A program made the position numbers and the translations under genes. The notes below the pieces were generated by a model. It saw only the letters and a list, made by a program, of their open reading frames with translations, was not told where the DNA came from and ran no database searches. This document shows positions 54,416 through 64,000 of a DNA stretch of 64,000 nt, piece after piece. Location of the stretch: assembly GCA_045602945.1 (NCBI GenBank), contig JAZSCM010000003.1:29647-93646 (forward strand). Reading direction: 5' to 3'. Numbering within the stretch: position 1 is the stretch's first letter; every line of letters starts with the position of its first letter. This stretch comes from Acutalibacteraceae bacterium (GTDB lineage Bacteria; Bacillota; Clostridia; Oscillospirales; Acutalibacteraceae).

Positions 54416-55055
54416 AATCTGTATTAAATTTAAAAAATTCCTCGTTTGGTTCTGCAGTGTAAGTAATCGGTTTATTGGTTTTAGGGTGAATAAATGATAA
54501 AGTATGCGACCAGAGTGAAATACCAGTAAAGTTTTCCTTAGAGCCGTATCTTCTATCCCCGCAAAGCGGAAAACCGCGAGAAGCAAACTGCACCCTTATT
54601 TGATGCGTTCTGCCTGTTTCTAACTCTATTTTAAGCAAGGAATAAGTAGCGCCGTTTTGCTCAAATTCTTTTAAAGTTTCATAATATAAAACAGCTTTTT
54701 TAACACCCTTGCGCTCCTTTTTAACAACGTAGGACTTATTTTTTTGCCTATCGTAATATAAAAGGTCTATTAACGTGCCGTTTTTTTCTTGCAAAGCGCC
54801 GTTTACTACTGCAAGATACCCTTTCTTAAATTTGTTCTCGGTTATTTGCTTAGATAACTGCGCCGCAGAGCGAGGGTTTAGCGCATAGACCATTACACCG
54901 CCTGTTGTACGGTCAAGCCTATGAACAACAAACGCTTGTTTTCCCAAATTTTGCTCTAATAGGTGCGGAACGTTTTCACCCTCGGCATTTTGTGAACTAA
55001 CACCGTAGGGCTTAACTATAACGGCAATATCCAGGTCACTGTATAAAATTTTCAT
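54414..55055 (-). CDS. RluA-family pseudouridine synthase (short)
   Basis: 213 aa with the catalytic HRLDRTTGG motif and GRTHQIR. Confidence 0.88.
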   Translation of the reverse strand: MKILYSDLDIAVIVKPYGVSSQNAEGENVPHLLEQNLGKQAFVVHRLDRTTGGVMVYALNPRSAAQLSKQITENKFKKGYLAVVNGALQEKNGTLIDLLYYDRQKNKSYVVKKERKGVKKAVLYYETLKEFEQNGATYSLLKIELETGRTHQIRVQFASRGFPLCGDRRYGSKENFTGISLWSHTLSFIHPKTNKPITYTAEPNEEFFKFNTD

Positions 55056-56425
55056 ACACTAAGCACCGCCGCCGCAATAGCAAAGTAGATGACTAAAGAA
55101 ATTGTATCAACTATAGTAGTAATCAGCGGACTAGCCATAACGGCAGGGTCAAAGCCGATTTTCTTAGCTAGTATTGGTAGCGCACTGCCCACTAGCTTTG
55201 CGACTATAACGGTAGCGGTAAGAGTTAAGCAGACAACCAGTATCTCGGTTAATTCCTTGCCAACGTCAAAGGTGCCGAAAAGCAAATGGTCAACAAGCCA
55301 AAGTTTTAAGAAGTTAATAACCGTTAGCGCCAAGCTACAAAGAAGCGCAATTCTAAGCTCTTTCCAAATAACCCTTAAAATATCCGAAAACTCAATATCG
55401 CCAAGCGATATGCTACGGATTATAGTAACCGACGACTGACTGCCCGAGTTACCGCCCGTACCCATAAGCATAGGAATAAATGCGATAAGCGCGGGGACAA
55501 CAGTGAGTCTGTTTTCAAACGAAGATATTATAAGACCTGTAAAAGTGGCTGATAACATCATTAAAATAAGCCAAGGTATTCTTGCTTTAAATGCTGAAAA
55601 AACGCTTGTGCGGAAATAGGATTTGTCCGAAGGCAAAATAGCCGCCATCTTTTCGATATCCTCGGTTGCCTCTTCCTCCATAACGTCGATAGCATCGTCA
55701 ACCGTTACAAGACCGACAAGGCGGTTTTCCTTATCTACAACAGGAAGCGCTATAAGGTCGTATTTCTGGAAGCAGTTTGCAACCTCTTCCTTATCGTCAA
55801 GCGTATTGACAAATATAACGTTTTCTTCCATTATATCTGCTATTACAGCATCCTTAGGATTTAGTAACAAATCTCTGACTGATACTATACCTAAAAGTCT
55901 ACGGCTACGGTCAATAACGTAACAGGCATATATTGTTTCACTGTTAAACCCGATTTTTCTAATACGGTCGAAGGCATCGTCCACCGTCATATCACGCTTT
56001 AAATCGATATACTCGGTGGTCATAATACTACCCGCACTATCGTCAGGATACGCTAGTAGCTGATTAATCATTCGACGCGTTGCGGCATCGGTGTTCTTTA
56101 AAATTCTCTTTGCAACCGAGGCGGGCATTTCGTCGATAATATCAACCGTATCGTCCATAAAAAGCTCACTCATCACTTCTTTAAGCTCTTTATCACTAAA
56201 GGCTTCAATGAGTAGCTGTTGCATATCGCTATCTATTTCAACAAAAACCTCTGCTGCTAATTCTTTTGGTAAAATTCTAAAAATTAGCGGCAAATCCTTT
56301 TTTTCTATTTCCTCAAAAAGCACCGCTATATCGGCAGGATTCATTTCGGAAAGCATACTCTTTAAGGGAACAAAGCTCCTGTTTTGAAGCAGTTCTAATA
56401 CTTTTTCTTCAATTCTTTCTTCCAT
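55052..56425 (-). CDS. mgtE: magnesium transporter MgtE
   Basis: 457 aa with an MgtE N-domain, tandem CBS domains and a C-terminal 5-TM domain (GTGGNSGSQS). Confidence 0.93.
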   Translation of the reverse strand: MEERIEEKVLELLQNRSFVPLKSMLSEMNPADIAVLFEEIEKKDLPLIFRILPKELAAEVFVEIDSDMQQLLIEAFSDKELKEVMSELFMDDTVDIIDEMPASVAKRILKNTDAATRRMINQLLAYPDDSAGSIMTTEYIDLKRDMTVDDAFDRIRKIGFNSETIYACYVIDRSRRLLGIVSVRDLLLNPKDAVIADIMEENVIFVNTLDDKEEVANCFQKYDLIALPVVDKENRLVGLVTVDDAIDVMEEEATEDIEKMAAILPSDKSYFRTSVFSAFKARIPWLILMMLSATFTGLIISSFENRLTVVPALIAFIPMLMGTGGNSGSQSSVTIIRSISLGDIEFSDILRVIWKELRIALLCSLALTVINFLKLWLVDHLLFGTFDVGKELTEILVVCLTLTATVIVAKLVGSALPILAKKIGFDPAVMASPLITTIVDTISLVIYFAIAAAVLSV

Positions 56426-56564
56426 AAATAAATCCTCCTTCTTGAAAAATTCACATATATTGTTATTTTAACACGAAAATTCAATTTTTACAATATTTAA
56501 TTTTTTGCAAGTGCCAAGCTATTTTGAGCATATAAAATACCATATTGAATTTAAGGTGATTTAT

Positions 56565-57245
56565 ATGATTTTTGATATGCTTTTTCAGCTCGTTTCAAAC
56601 CTTTTCTATTTCGCTCTTCACGTTAGCGGCGCTGGGTCATTCCCCCCTGCATTGACGGCTAAAAAAGAGGCAGAGTTGCTTGAAAAATACTATGCAGGTG
56701 ACCTAGAGGCTAAAAACACTCTAATCGAGCATAATCTTCGCCTTGTAGCGCACATAGTTAAAAAGTATTATGCCACGAACTGTGACCAAGACGATTTAAT
56801 ATCCATTGGCACAATAGGTCTTATAAAAGCCGTTTCAACCTTTAACTCGGGCAAAGGAATAAGACTTGCTACCTACGCCGCTAGATGCATAGAAAACGAA
56901 ATACTTATGTATTTCAGAAATCAAAAAAAGGTGGCACAGGACGTGTATATTAGCGACCCTATAGACACCGACAAGGACGGAAACACCCTAACGCTTATAG
57001 ACATAATAGCCGACGACAGCGACATTGTTGAAGAACTTGAATTAAAGGTTAGAATTGAAAAACTCAGGGAGCTTTTAGAAACAAGGCTTGACAAAAGAGA
57101 AAAGCAGATAATAAATATGCGTTACGGTTTAAACGGGCAAAAAGAACTGACACAGCGAGAAATTGCAAAAAAACTTGGAATTTCCCGAAGCTACGTTTCC
57201 CGAATTGAAACCGCAACGCTTAAAAAACTTAAAAACTTATTCTGA
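56565..57245 (+). CDS. sigK: sporulation sigma factor SigK (pro-sigma-K), uninterrupted
   Basis: 226 aa counted from ATG 56565 (AAGGTGA SD; the track start at 56505 is TTG). IEHNLRLVAHIVKKY is SigK-like, and there is a hydrophobic pro-sequence. Confidence 0.85.
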   Translation: MIFDMLFQLVSNLFYFALHVSGAGSFPPALTAKKEAELLEKYYAGDLEAKNTLIEHNLRLVAHIVKKYYATNCDQDDLISIGTIGLIKAVSTFNSGKGIRLATYAARCIENEILMYFRNQKKVAQDVYISDPIDTDKDGNTLTLIDIIADDSDIVEELELKVRIEKLRELLETRLDKREKQIINMRYGLNGQKELTQREIAKKLGISRSYVSRIETATLKKLKNLF

Positions 57246-59897
57246 TTATTCTACCTCTTGACCTGTAAGACCAACAGTTAACTGCGCTCTGGGTGTTGTA
57301 CGGTTAAGAGCGGTAGCCTCTAATTTTACAGTATATTCGCCCTCAGGCACTATAAAGTTATCGGCTTTAAACCAAATCTTCTTCTCATTTCCGTAACGGT
57401 CGATAACCTTAGCCTCGGCACCGTCAAACTCAATAAAGTCACTCGACATTAGCTCACACTCGAACATAACCGAAGTATCGCCTATAGTAACTGTGGGATT
57501 TTTGAGGACTTCATAGGTATGGTCACAGGCTACTATCGACGACATACGAACGCCGCTAACGTCACCTGCTGTTAAAATTTCAATCTTAGTCAGTCTATCG
57601 CTGTTAAGACTTGAACGGTAGGTAGCCCATACGCCCTCACCTTTATCAAACGGTAGGTCAGGACGCTCGCCGTTGTCAGCCTCCAAGAGAATGAAGTCAC
57701 GCCAGCCTTCAAAATCAGTATCAATGATATACTCACCGTAACCTAACTCGCTGTTAGACGCACAACGGGTTTTAATGCAAACCGCACTTCCCTTTTTACC
57801 GTTACCGAGCACTTTTACCTTTTTAGCCAATTTATCAGCAACGTTAATTTCGCCGCCAAAGGGGTGAATTATCTTGCTTTCACCCTGTTTAAAGTGGTCT
57901 AAGAGGTCTTTGTTTTCATCAAGCGGATAAAGCACCAAAGGATTGTTGCCCTGTGTGGATAAAAGTGCTTCTATACGGATAAACGGCACCTGTGCTTTGA
58001 ATGGATTGTTAAAGGTAGCTAAGTTTCTATCTATATCATTTAAATCATAAAGCTTTGCTATCTTGTAATCCTTTTCAACAAATACCCACTCGCCGTCTTT
58101 TTCTTTAAGCTGATACTCGTATTTACCGTTTATAAGCTTATTACGATACTCCTCGCTAAAGTAACCCTGTTTTCTAAGGTCGTCATACTTGCGGTAAAGC
58201 TTAACGTTGCGGCGAAGACCTGGTAAACGCTCAAGTGAAGCTGGAGTCATACCGTTAAATACGTTTGAAAAGTCATACATAACAGCCATAGCGCCCATAA
58301 ATTCAATTGAATCTGTATGGTGATACTTTGTATGCTCGTTACCCGGATATTTATCGGTTGTAGGATAGAAGGAATACCAACCAAGAGTCGGTGCGCTGTA
58401 TCTGTCAATAAAATCGCGGTTGTATTCAAGGTGTCTTAAATTAAACTCTTTATATGAGCGATACGGTGTATCAAACGCACCTACTCTGCCGCGAGCCGCC
58501 CAAATCGACGGGTCCATAGCAGCATATTCAATAAGCGGATATTTATCCGTATATTTAAGTATTTCGCATACAAACTGTGCAAAGTAAAACCACGCTTCAG
58601 TTTCGCGGTCGCAATGCTTAACGATACCGTCAAGCGCATCAAGATAAATTTGTGAGAAGCCGCCCTCGTTAAAAGCGATTGCAGTAAGACGGGCAACCTC
58701 GCGGAACAAAGGAGAACCGAGCACAGGTGTAACACCGTGATAAAAGCCTTCTAGATGCTTGATTGTTTCGCCCTTCTTATGTGCTACAGCCTTACTTCCT
58801 GCACAGCCTCTGGCAGTTAGCTTAAAGCCGTCCTTTGCGGTGGCAAACTGAACTATCTCGTTGCCGATAAGCAAAAGAGGTGTGCTTCTTGAAAAGAAGG
58901 TAAAGTCATTGCTAACCTCGTTTGTAGACTCGTTAGTTTTTAAGAAAAGCTCGTTTTCATCTATATCCTCAGCCAGTGTCAAGGTTTCAATAACCTTAAG
59001 GTCACCCTGCCATTTTTCATCTGCCAAAAGAGGACAGTCATAGCGAATATACTGAGAATAGGTATGTAGTCCCGATGCTAGACCGTTAGCCTCTAAAACT
59101 TCGGATACGTTTTTCTTGAAATCCTCAGCGCTTTCATAACGCTCAAATTTAAAGTCACCCTGACGGAAGGTTGCCTGACCCTGATGGAAGTCAACCTGAT
59201 CGACACCGATTTCTTTAAAATACTCAAGATGTGAATCTAAAAATTCTTTTGAAGATTCGTACTGAATGGTATAGTTACCAAAGCATATTCTTGAATCTCT
59301 GCCCCAAGCGCCGCCGCTTTCGGAATAAATACCGTTGTTGCGGTCTATGGTTTTAAAGGCAGTTTTAATAATATCCTTTTGTTCACAAATGGGGGCTATA
59401 ATCAGAGCATATCTAGCACCCTCGTCTTTTAGATGACGGACAACCTCGCCTCTTGTTTCACACGATTTGCAATCGGGATAAAAAACGGGATTGGTCCAAT
59501 AAGTAAGGGCTACACCACAAGCGCCTGTATTGGATTTATCTTTAAAATCATAGTTGTATTTTGCGTGTGCTAAACGGCATTTAAATACGTTTTCGGGTAG
59601 TGCTGATACTAGTTCAAATTCAAAATAGCTATCAAATGCTTTCACTTTTACATCAAAGCTTCCGCCCTCGGTTTCAACCTTTATAACGCCGTTTTCAAGT
59701 GTAGCAGACAACGTTTCATAGCTTGTTACCTTATCAGACATAACAAGTGAGAAAAATGAAGTAGCATCGCCTTTTATATCTGTATTTGTTTTCTTGTCAA
59801 TAATGCTTTGCACTCTAGCTTTATCGCACGATACAGTAATTGTTGTGTATAAATTGTCAAACACAATGCAATTGTTAACGCTCTTAATTTCAGCCAT
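57246..59897 (-). CDS. large hypothetical cytoplasmic protein (possible glycoside-hydrolase-like TIM-barrel enzyme; speculative)
   Basis: 883 aa with no signal peptide. Monocistronic, with its own consensus promoter. No family recognised by eye. Confidence 0.75.
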   Translation of the reverse strand: MAEIKSVNNCIVFDNLYTTITVSCDKARVQSIIDKKTNTDIKGDATSFFSLVMSDKVTSYETLSATLENGVIKVETEGGSFDVKVKAFDSYFEFELVSALPENVFKCRLAHAKYNYDFKDKSNTGACGVALTYWTNPVFYPDCKSCETRGEVVRHLKDEGARYALIIAPICEQKDIIKTAFKTIDRNNGIYSESGGAWGRDSRICFGNYTIQYESSKEFLDSHLEYFKEIGVDQVDFHQGQATFRQGDFKFERYESAEDFKKNVSEVLEANGLASGLHTYSQYIRYDCPLLADEKWQGDLKVIETLTLAEDIDENELFLKTNESTNEVSNDFTFFSRSTPLLLIGNEIVQFATAKDGFKLTARGCAGSKAVAHKKGETIKHLEGFYHGVTPVLGSPLFREVARLTAIAFNEGGFSQIYLDALDGIVKHCDRETEAWFYFAQFVCEILKYTDKYPLIEYAAMDPSIWAARGRVGAFDTPYRSYKEFNLRHLEYNRDFIDRYSAPTLGWYSFYPTTDKYPGNEHTKYHHTDSIEFMGAMAVMYDFSNVFNGMTPASLERLPGLRRNVKLYRKYDDLRKQGYFSEEYRNKLINGKYEYQLKEKDGEWVFVEKDYKIAKLYDLNDIDRNLATFNNPFKAQVPFIRIEALLSTQGNNPLVLYPLDENKDLLDHFKQGESKIIHPFGGEINVADKLAKKVKVLGNGKKGSAVCIKTRCASNSELGYGEYIIDTDFEGWRDFILLEADNGERPDLPFDKGEGVWATYRSSLNSDRLTKIEILTAGDVSGVRMSSIVACDHTYEVLKNPTVTIGDTSVMFECELMSSDFIEFDGAEAKVIDRYGNEKKIWFKADNFIVPEGEYTVKLEATALNRTTPRAQLTVGLTGQEVE

Positions 59898-59936
59898 TTT
59901 ATAATTACCCCCTGAGGATATAATACTACAAGTTTG

Positions 59937-59965
59937 ATTATATGAAAGATTTTGTATAATGTCAA
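59937..59965 (-). promoter_or_regulatory. consensus sigmaA promoter of the 883-aa gene
   Basis: Minus strand reads TTGACA (59965-59960), exactly 17 nt, TATAAT (59942-59937). Confidence 0.65.
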
Positions 59966-59990
59966 CCTGAAATTTCCTTTAAAAAATAGA

Positions 59991-60020
59991 AAAATCCGAG
60001 TTAAAATTACTCGGATTTTT
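59991..60020. terminator. bidirectional intrinsic terminator
   Basis: Stem ATCCGAGT / ACTCGGAT, 7-nt loop, with A and T runs on both sides. Confidence 0.7.
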
Positions 60021-60041
60021 AAGTGATTAACAAATATATTT

Positions 60042-60713
60042 TTAGTGGAAAACTTCCTCTGACTGCTCGGTTTCTTTAGGCTCTTCGGTCACTTCAAGGT
60101 CTGCTGTTGCTTCTTCTGCTGCAACTTCTTCACCAGCCTCAGTTTCAACAACCTCTTCGGTCTCATCAACTACGATTTCCTCAACAGGCAGTTTCTTAAG
60201 CTTGAAGTGTGATATAATACCCATCATTAATGAAACGATTACCCAAACGTGGAAAACTATATCAATCATAATGCTTGAATTAATTTCAACCACTAAAAGT
60301 AAAATTATAAAGTCAAGTACAAAGAATACAACAGAAAATATAAGCCAACCGACTCTTGCCTTTTTTGAGAAAATCCAGCTAAGTAAATACATTGCAAGTA
60401 TTACTATTGCTATACCTAGACAAATAGCAAAGAACGACGGATTTAAAAATACGTACTCTGAATAATCAGCCCCGTAGTATTCAGCAGGATACATTCCGCA
60501 CATATCCATACCCAGATCAACTAACATATACGGTACGTAAGCCGAAAATAAGAAATACGAATTAGCATTTGTTACAAGAAGTACAATATTTATAACGGTA
60601 AAAATCAAAACAAGCAATAAATTATGTCTTGATTTATTGTATCTTGCTTCAAGTAAGCGCCTTTGTGGTAAATAGTTTTGCATAAGTGTTTGCCTCCTAG
60701 ATTTGATAAACAC
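60042..60713 (-). CDS. hypothetical membrane protein with acidic C-terminal tail
   Basis: 223 aa, about 5 TM segments. The C-terminus is rich in E/V/T/A (ETEEVVETEAGEEVAAEEA...). Confidence 0.7.
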   Translation of the reverse strand: MFIKSRRQTLMQNYLPQRRLLEARYNKSRHNLLLVLIFTVINIVLLVTNANSYFLFSAYVPYMLVDLGMDMCGMYPAEYYGADYSEYVFLNPSFFAICLGIAIVILAMYLLSWIFSKKARVGWLIFSVVFFVLDFIILLLVVEINSSIMIDIVFHVWVIVSLMMGIISHFKLKKLPVEEIVVDETEEVVETEAGEEVAAEEATADLEVTEEPKETEQSEEVFH

Positions 60714-60777
60714 ATTATAACAAAAATCGAGTTATTTTGCAACAAAGGTTACAAAATTGTAACCTTTTATTTTTTTG

Positions 60778-61611
60778 TTACTTTAAGTCCTTCTTGCCAA
60801 ATTTTAAAATTCCGTGACCTAGTACGGCGGCGGTGGAAACTATAGGTATGAAAGCGTAATAAACTACGTCTTTTGCATTATACGAAGTACCCACACCAAC
60901 CGTAGCGCTTGAATTGAAAATATTTATTCGTTGCAAGAAATTTAAAAACTCAACCAATTTATTCATATCGGGCTTAGTTTCAAGCGCAATTATTGCAATC
61001 TGCAAAATACCCGCAATCATTGTAAAGCCAAAAACAACGGCAATATACATTACAATTACAAGTCCCGTGTTTTTCATTACAACCGATAGCCAGGTAACAA
61101 AAGCGGCTACAAAGATATAAATTAAAAATTGGAAGAATAAAGACTCCAACAAATAGTAAAAGTCCTCTGTTGCAAACGGCGTAGACTGATATTCAAAAAA
61201 CGGCAGACTCACAAATAGGGTTAAAAGCGCATGAGCTAACATAATGCCGAATAAAACGGTAGCACACACGATAAAGTTTGATAAGAAAATAGACGTGCGC
61301 GAATGTCCGCTGATAATCTTATTACGAACAGTGCCGAAGCTAAAATCCTTGCAAAGAATTATACCGATTAGTATCGGCGCGATAAGTCCTAGGTTGTTAC
61401 CGAACGAAAAGGAACCGAAAAACTGTCCTTTAGCGCTAAGATACCCCGATAGCATCTGCTCGGTTGTAGCGTCTATTTCACCCGCAAACTCGAAAATCAA
61501 AACGTATAAAATAGGGGTTATAACCGCAAAAACCGCCGCTAAAATCAGAACTATTAAAAACAGTTTATCGCAAAAAAACTTTTTAAAATCAGATTTAATC
61601 AGTCTTGTCAT
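60778..61611 (-). CDS. ABC-2-type transporter permease
   Basis: 277 aa, 6 TM segments. 4-nt overlap with the ATPase gene. Confidence 0.8.
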   Translation of the reverse strand: MTRLIKSDFKKFFCDKLFLIVLILAAVFAVITPILYVLIFEFAGEIDATTEQMLSGYLSAKGQFFGSFSFGNNLGLIAPILIGIILCKDFSFGTVRNKIISGHSRTSIFLSNFIVCATVLFGIMLAHALLTLFVSLPFFEYQSTPFATEDFYYLLESLFFQFLIYIFVAAFVTWLSVVMKNTGLVIVMYIAVVFGFTMIAGILQIAIIALETKPDMNKLVEFLNFLQRINIFNSSATVGVGTSYNAKDVVYYAFIPIVSTAAVLGHGILKFGKKDLK

Positions 61612-62528
61612 ACTCGCTTACCCCCTACTACTTCAAGATAATAATCCTCAAAAGAAGGCTCGTGAGAAGTGATATTTAAAATTTTAATGTTAGCGTCTAT
61701 AATAGCGCCAAGCACTAAATTGAGGTTAAGGTCGCCGATAAAACGAACACCTTGCGGAATATATATAACCGCATTTGCCTCTACTAAATTCTCAAGCAAC
61801 GTGCTAAGCAATTCGGGTTTATCTACTAAAACGTCGGTAGTTTTAAGCATTTCTTTTTTTAACTCGTCGGCGGTAATTTCCTTAATAATATGCCCTTTTG
61901 AAATAATACCGTATTTATTGGCAACTAAGGACAGCTCGGTTAAAATATGCGATGAAATAAGGAAAGTGATATTACGTTCGCGGTTTAGCTTTAAAATCAA
62001 CTCTCTGATTTCAACAATACCCGCAGGGTCAAGACCGTTCATCGGCTCATCAAGAATTAAAAACTCAGGGTTACCTAGTAGCGCCATAGCAATACCGAGG
62101 CGCTGACGCATACCGAGTGAAAAATCACCCGCGTGTTTTTTATCGTTAAGTAAAAAGCCCAGTCCTACCTCGTTAAGCGTGTTTTCTATACGCTTATCAA
62201 CAGGTAACCCTAAAATCATACACTGCATTTTAAGGTTATCATAAGCCGACATATTCTGATATATCGAAGGGCTTTCAACCACTGCACCCACTTTATGTCT
62301 AGCCTCTTTAATATTGGCTGAATTATTAGCCACACCAAACAGTTCAAAACTGCCTGAATGTGGGAAAATAAGCCCTGTAATTAAACGAATAATCGTGGTT
62401 TTACCCGAGCCATTCTCCCCTACAAAGCCGTAGATATCACCGCGGCAAATGGTCATATTAGCATCATTTACCGCTAAATGTTTTTTATATTTTTTACAAA
62501 GTCCAAAGGTTCTAAGAATATAATCCAC
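61608..62528 (-). CDS. ABC transporter ATP-binding protein
   Basis: 306 aa with Walker A GENGSGKTT, signature FSLGMRQRL and Walker B FLILDEP. Confidence 0.92.
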   Translation of the reverse strand: MDYILRTFGLCKKYKKHLAVNDANMTICRGDIYGFVGENGSGKTTIIRLITGLIFPHSGSFELFGVANNSANIKEARHKVGAVVESPSIYQNMSAYDNLKMQCMILGLPVDKRIENTLNEVGLGFLLNDKKHAGDFSLGMRQRLGIAMALLGNPEFLILDEPMNGLDPAGIVEIRELILKLNRERNITFLISSHILTELSLVANKYGIISKGHIIKEITADELKKEMLKTTDVLVDKPELLSTLLENLVEANAVIYIPQGVRFIGDLNLNLVLGAIIDANIKILNITSHEPSFEDYYLEVVGGKRV

Positions 62529-62560
62529 GCCATCAATCCTTTCAATTTAAATGTTGATTT

Positions 62561-63208
62561 TCATTGAATTTTAAACGTTCTTTCTTCCGTTTCTAAATCG
62601 GCACCAAATTTAGTAAGTTCAACAATAATCTTTTTACCGTCATCGGAAAAAGAGATTTCACTTATGCCCATATACATAGCTTTATCATACGAGGTGCTGA
62701 ATTCTTTATAAAATTTATCGACATCAAAAATATCTTGCACAAGTAAAATAGATTTATCGTTATTTTCAATACAGTACGCTATTAAATTATCCTTTGTGCC
62801 TATAGGTCCGTTAAAATAAGGAGAAACCTTGCTTTTTTCAACGTCATAAAATCTATATTTTGGAAAAACAAAGGTGCCGCTGCATCCATATTCCAAGATC
62901 ACAATATTATCTTTTTTTAAAATATTGAAGCTTCCATTATATCCGTGATAACCTTTATCTAAAAGCTTTTTATTGTTGTCATAAATCTCATAGAAATTTC
63001 CTGCGTGTTCTTCACTTTCTTTAATCACATAATTACTATCTTCGGTAGAAATTTTGTCAAATGTGTATTCAAAATTTTCAAAGGTGCTGAAATAAGCATC
63101 CATCTTGGCAGAGTCAACACCTGATGAATTTGTGTTGACCGTAGAATCGCCTGACTTCTGATTGTTGTTACAGGCTGTTAAAGAAAAAAGTAAAATTACA
63201 CCTAACAA
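62561..63208 (-). CDS. hypothetical lipoprotein
   Basis: Lipobox FSLTAC. The real start is probably upstream of the track TTG, because an AAAGGAGAG SD lies at about 63238-63246 and the frame is open. Confidence 0.7.
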   Translation of the reverse strand: MLGVILLFSLTACNNNQKSGDSTVNTNSSGVDSAKMDAYFSTFENFEYTFDKISTEDSNYVIKESEEHAGNFYEIYDNNKKLLDKGYHGYNGSFNILKKDNIVILEYGCSGTFVFPKYRFYDVEKSKVSPYFNGPIGTKDNLIAYCIENNDKSILLVQDIFDVDKFYKEFSTSYDKAMYMGISEISFSDDGKKIIVELTKFGADLETEERTFKIQ

Positions 63209-63249
63209 AAGACAAACTAAACTCTTAATAGAATCGACTCTCCTTTTTA

Positions 63250-63969
63250 TTATGATTTTAGTTGTTTTAATCTCTCTATCGCAGTTTCTCTTTTTGCCGT
63301 TTCGCCGCCGAAGTTTGCACAGTATTCATAATGCTCAATAGCTTTTTGCGGCTCGTTTTGTTTTTCATAAACCTTACCTAATGTATAGTGAATAAAAAGT
63401 TTAGTAATATTATCAGGCTTTGGAAAAGAAGTTTCAAGCAAATTAAGGCTATGCGCTTCAACCGTTTTATAATCTCCTATAGCCATTGCTCTTTCGTCTT
63501 TTAAAATCATATCAACCATTGATTTTGACATAATGTCAAGGTCTTGATTTCTAATCTCATTAAAAAGTGCTTCAGCCTCGGCTACTCTACTATATGTAAA
63601 GAGGGATGCAACCTTTAATAGTTTAGCGGTGTTTTTCTTTTTTCCTTTTGCGACCTCTATTGCTTGGTCAATAGTTTCAAAAACCTTTTCTGCGTTACCA
63701 AGCGAATCATACGCAAGCATTAATAGAGCTAAAACGTCATAGGTCGGTTTTTTAATGATAAGGTCATCCGAATTCATTAACGTATCATAATGCTTTATAA
63801 ACTCGGCGGGTTTTAGCTCCTTACGAACTAGCTTTAAACCTAAACTTACTAATTTGCCCTTACCCTCGGCATATCGTCCCCAAAAGAAAAATAGGAATGA
63901 TAGTAAAAACATAATAATTCCAATAAACAATAACAAATTGTTTGTTTCGCCAATCGCTCTAAAAAACAT
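63250..63969 (-). CDS. membrane-anchored TPR-like protein
   Basis: 239 aa with an N-terminal TM and helical-repeat content. The frame stays open to the right edge of the window, so the start may lie beyond 64000. Confidence 0.65.
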   Translation of the reverse strand: MFFRAIGETNNLLLFIGIIMFLLSFLFFFWGRYAEGKGKLVSLGLKLVRKELKPAEFIKHYDTLMNSDDLIIKKPTYDVLALLMLAYDSLGNAEKVFETIDQAIEVAKGKKKNTAKLLKVASLFTYSRVAEAEALFNEIRNQDLDIMSKSMVDMILKDERAMAIGDYKTVEAHSLNLLETSFPKPDNITKLFIHYTLGKVYEKQNEPQKAIEHYEYCANFGGETAKRETAIERLKQLKS

Positions 63970-64000
63970 CCAAAAAGCAATAAAAACAGTTGCTGTAACA

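Noticed and set aside
54332-54586. 84-aa minus-strand ORF over the triple repeat and terminator
   Set aside because: It overlaps the 3' end of the pseudouridine synthase gene in another frame and runs through a terminator and the operator-like repeats.
56506-56516. Sigma-54-like TGGCAC...TTGCA on the minus strand upstream of mgtE
   Set aside because: The GG and GC elements are only 7 nt apart instead of the required 10, so this is not a functional -24/-12 promoter.
56426-56564. M-box riboswitch upstream of mgtE. Also an L-box upstream of asd/dapA (7022-7182) and a Fur box upstream of feoAB (26278-26365).
   Set aside because: The leaders are too short (about 90-140 nt) and AT-rich, without the conserved GC-rich helices of the M-box or L-box. 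No 7-1-7 Fur-box-like inverted repeat was found. Rfam or PWM scans would be needed to be certain.
56565-57245. Interruption of sigK by a skin-like element
   Set aside because: The ORF is continuous and full length (226 aa from pro-sequence to region 4), so there is no intervening element.

Overview
64-kb chromosomal window from a low-GC, endospore-forming Firmicute. It looks like a Clostridia-type genome (intact sigK, BofC-like gene, TIGR04086/yajC context), but the exact taxon cannot be determined by eye. There are four blocks. (1) 1-26.5 kb is conserved housekeeping: a class A PBP, yajC-tgt-queA, asd-dapA-dapB, a TIGR01212 radical SAM gene, tyrS, and the classic nusB-xseA-xseB-ispA-dxs-tlyA-nadK-argR-recN string, followed by a P-type ATPase, feoAB and one tRNA-Lys(UUU). 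(2) 26.7-40.9 kb is a 13-gene single-strand sugar/cyclitol catabolic cluster with a divergent AraC regulator: ThuA, two Gfo/Idh/MocA enzymes, a fucose-isomerase-like protein, a class II aldolase, a PfkB kinase, a DUF4867-like protein, an FAD oxidase with an Fe-S protein and EtfBA, IolB, and an FGGY kinase. (3) 41.0-54.3 kb is an island that is AT-richer by eye (not computed). It holds an XRE regulator, a promoter-driven 25-codon sORF, and a co-directional gene string headed by an AraC regulator: that regulator, 15 unrecognisable lipoprotein/membrane/small proteins and one DUF1835/DUF3658 protein. The island contains two paralogue pairs, gene remnants and five copies of a GC-rich 23-nt palindrome that sit exactly at module junctions. 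This is the most unusual signal in the window. (4) 54.4-64 kb holds an RluA-family pseudouridine synthase, mgtE, sigK, an 883-aa orphan protein and an ABC-2 exporter cluster. No rRNA, CRISPR array, transposase, integrase or phage gene was seen. All coordinates were anchored against the supplied ORF track. Several starts were moved to the first SD-supported ATG, and each such change is noted in the feature evidence.
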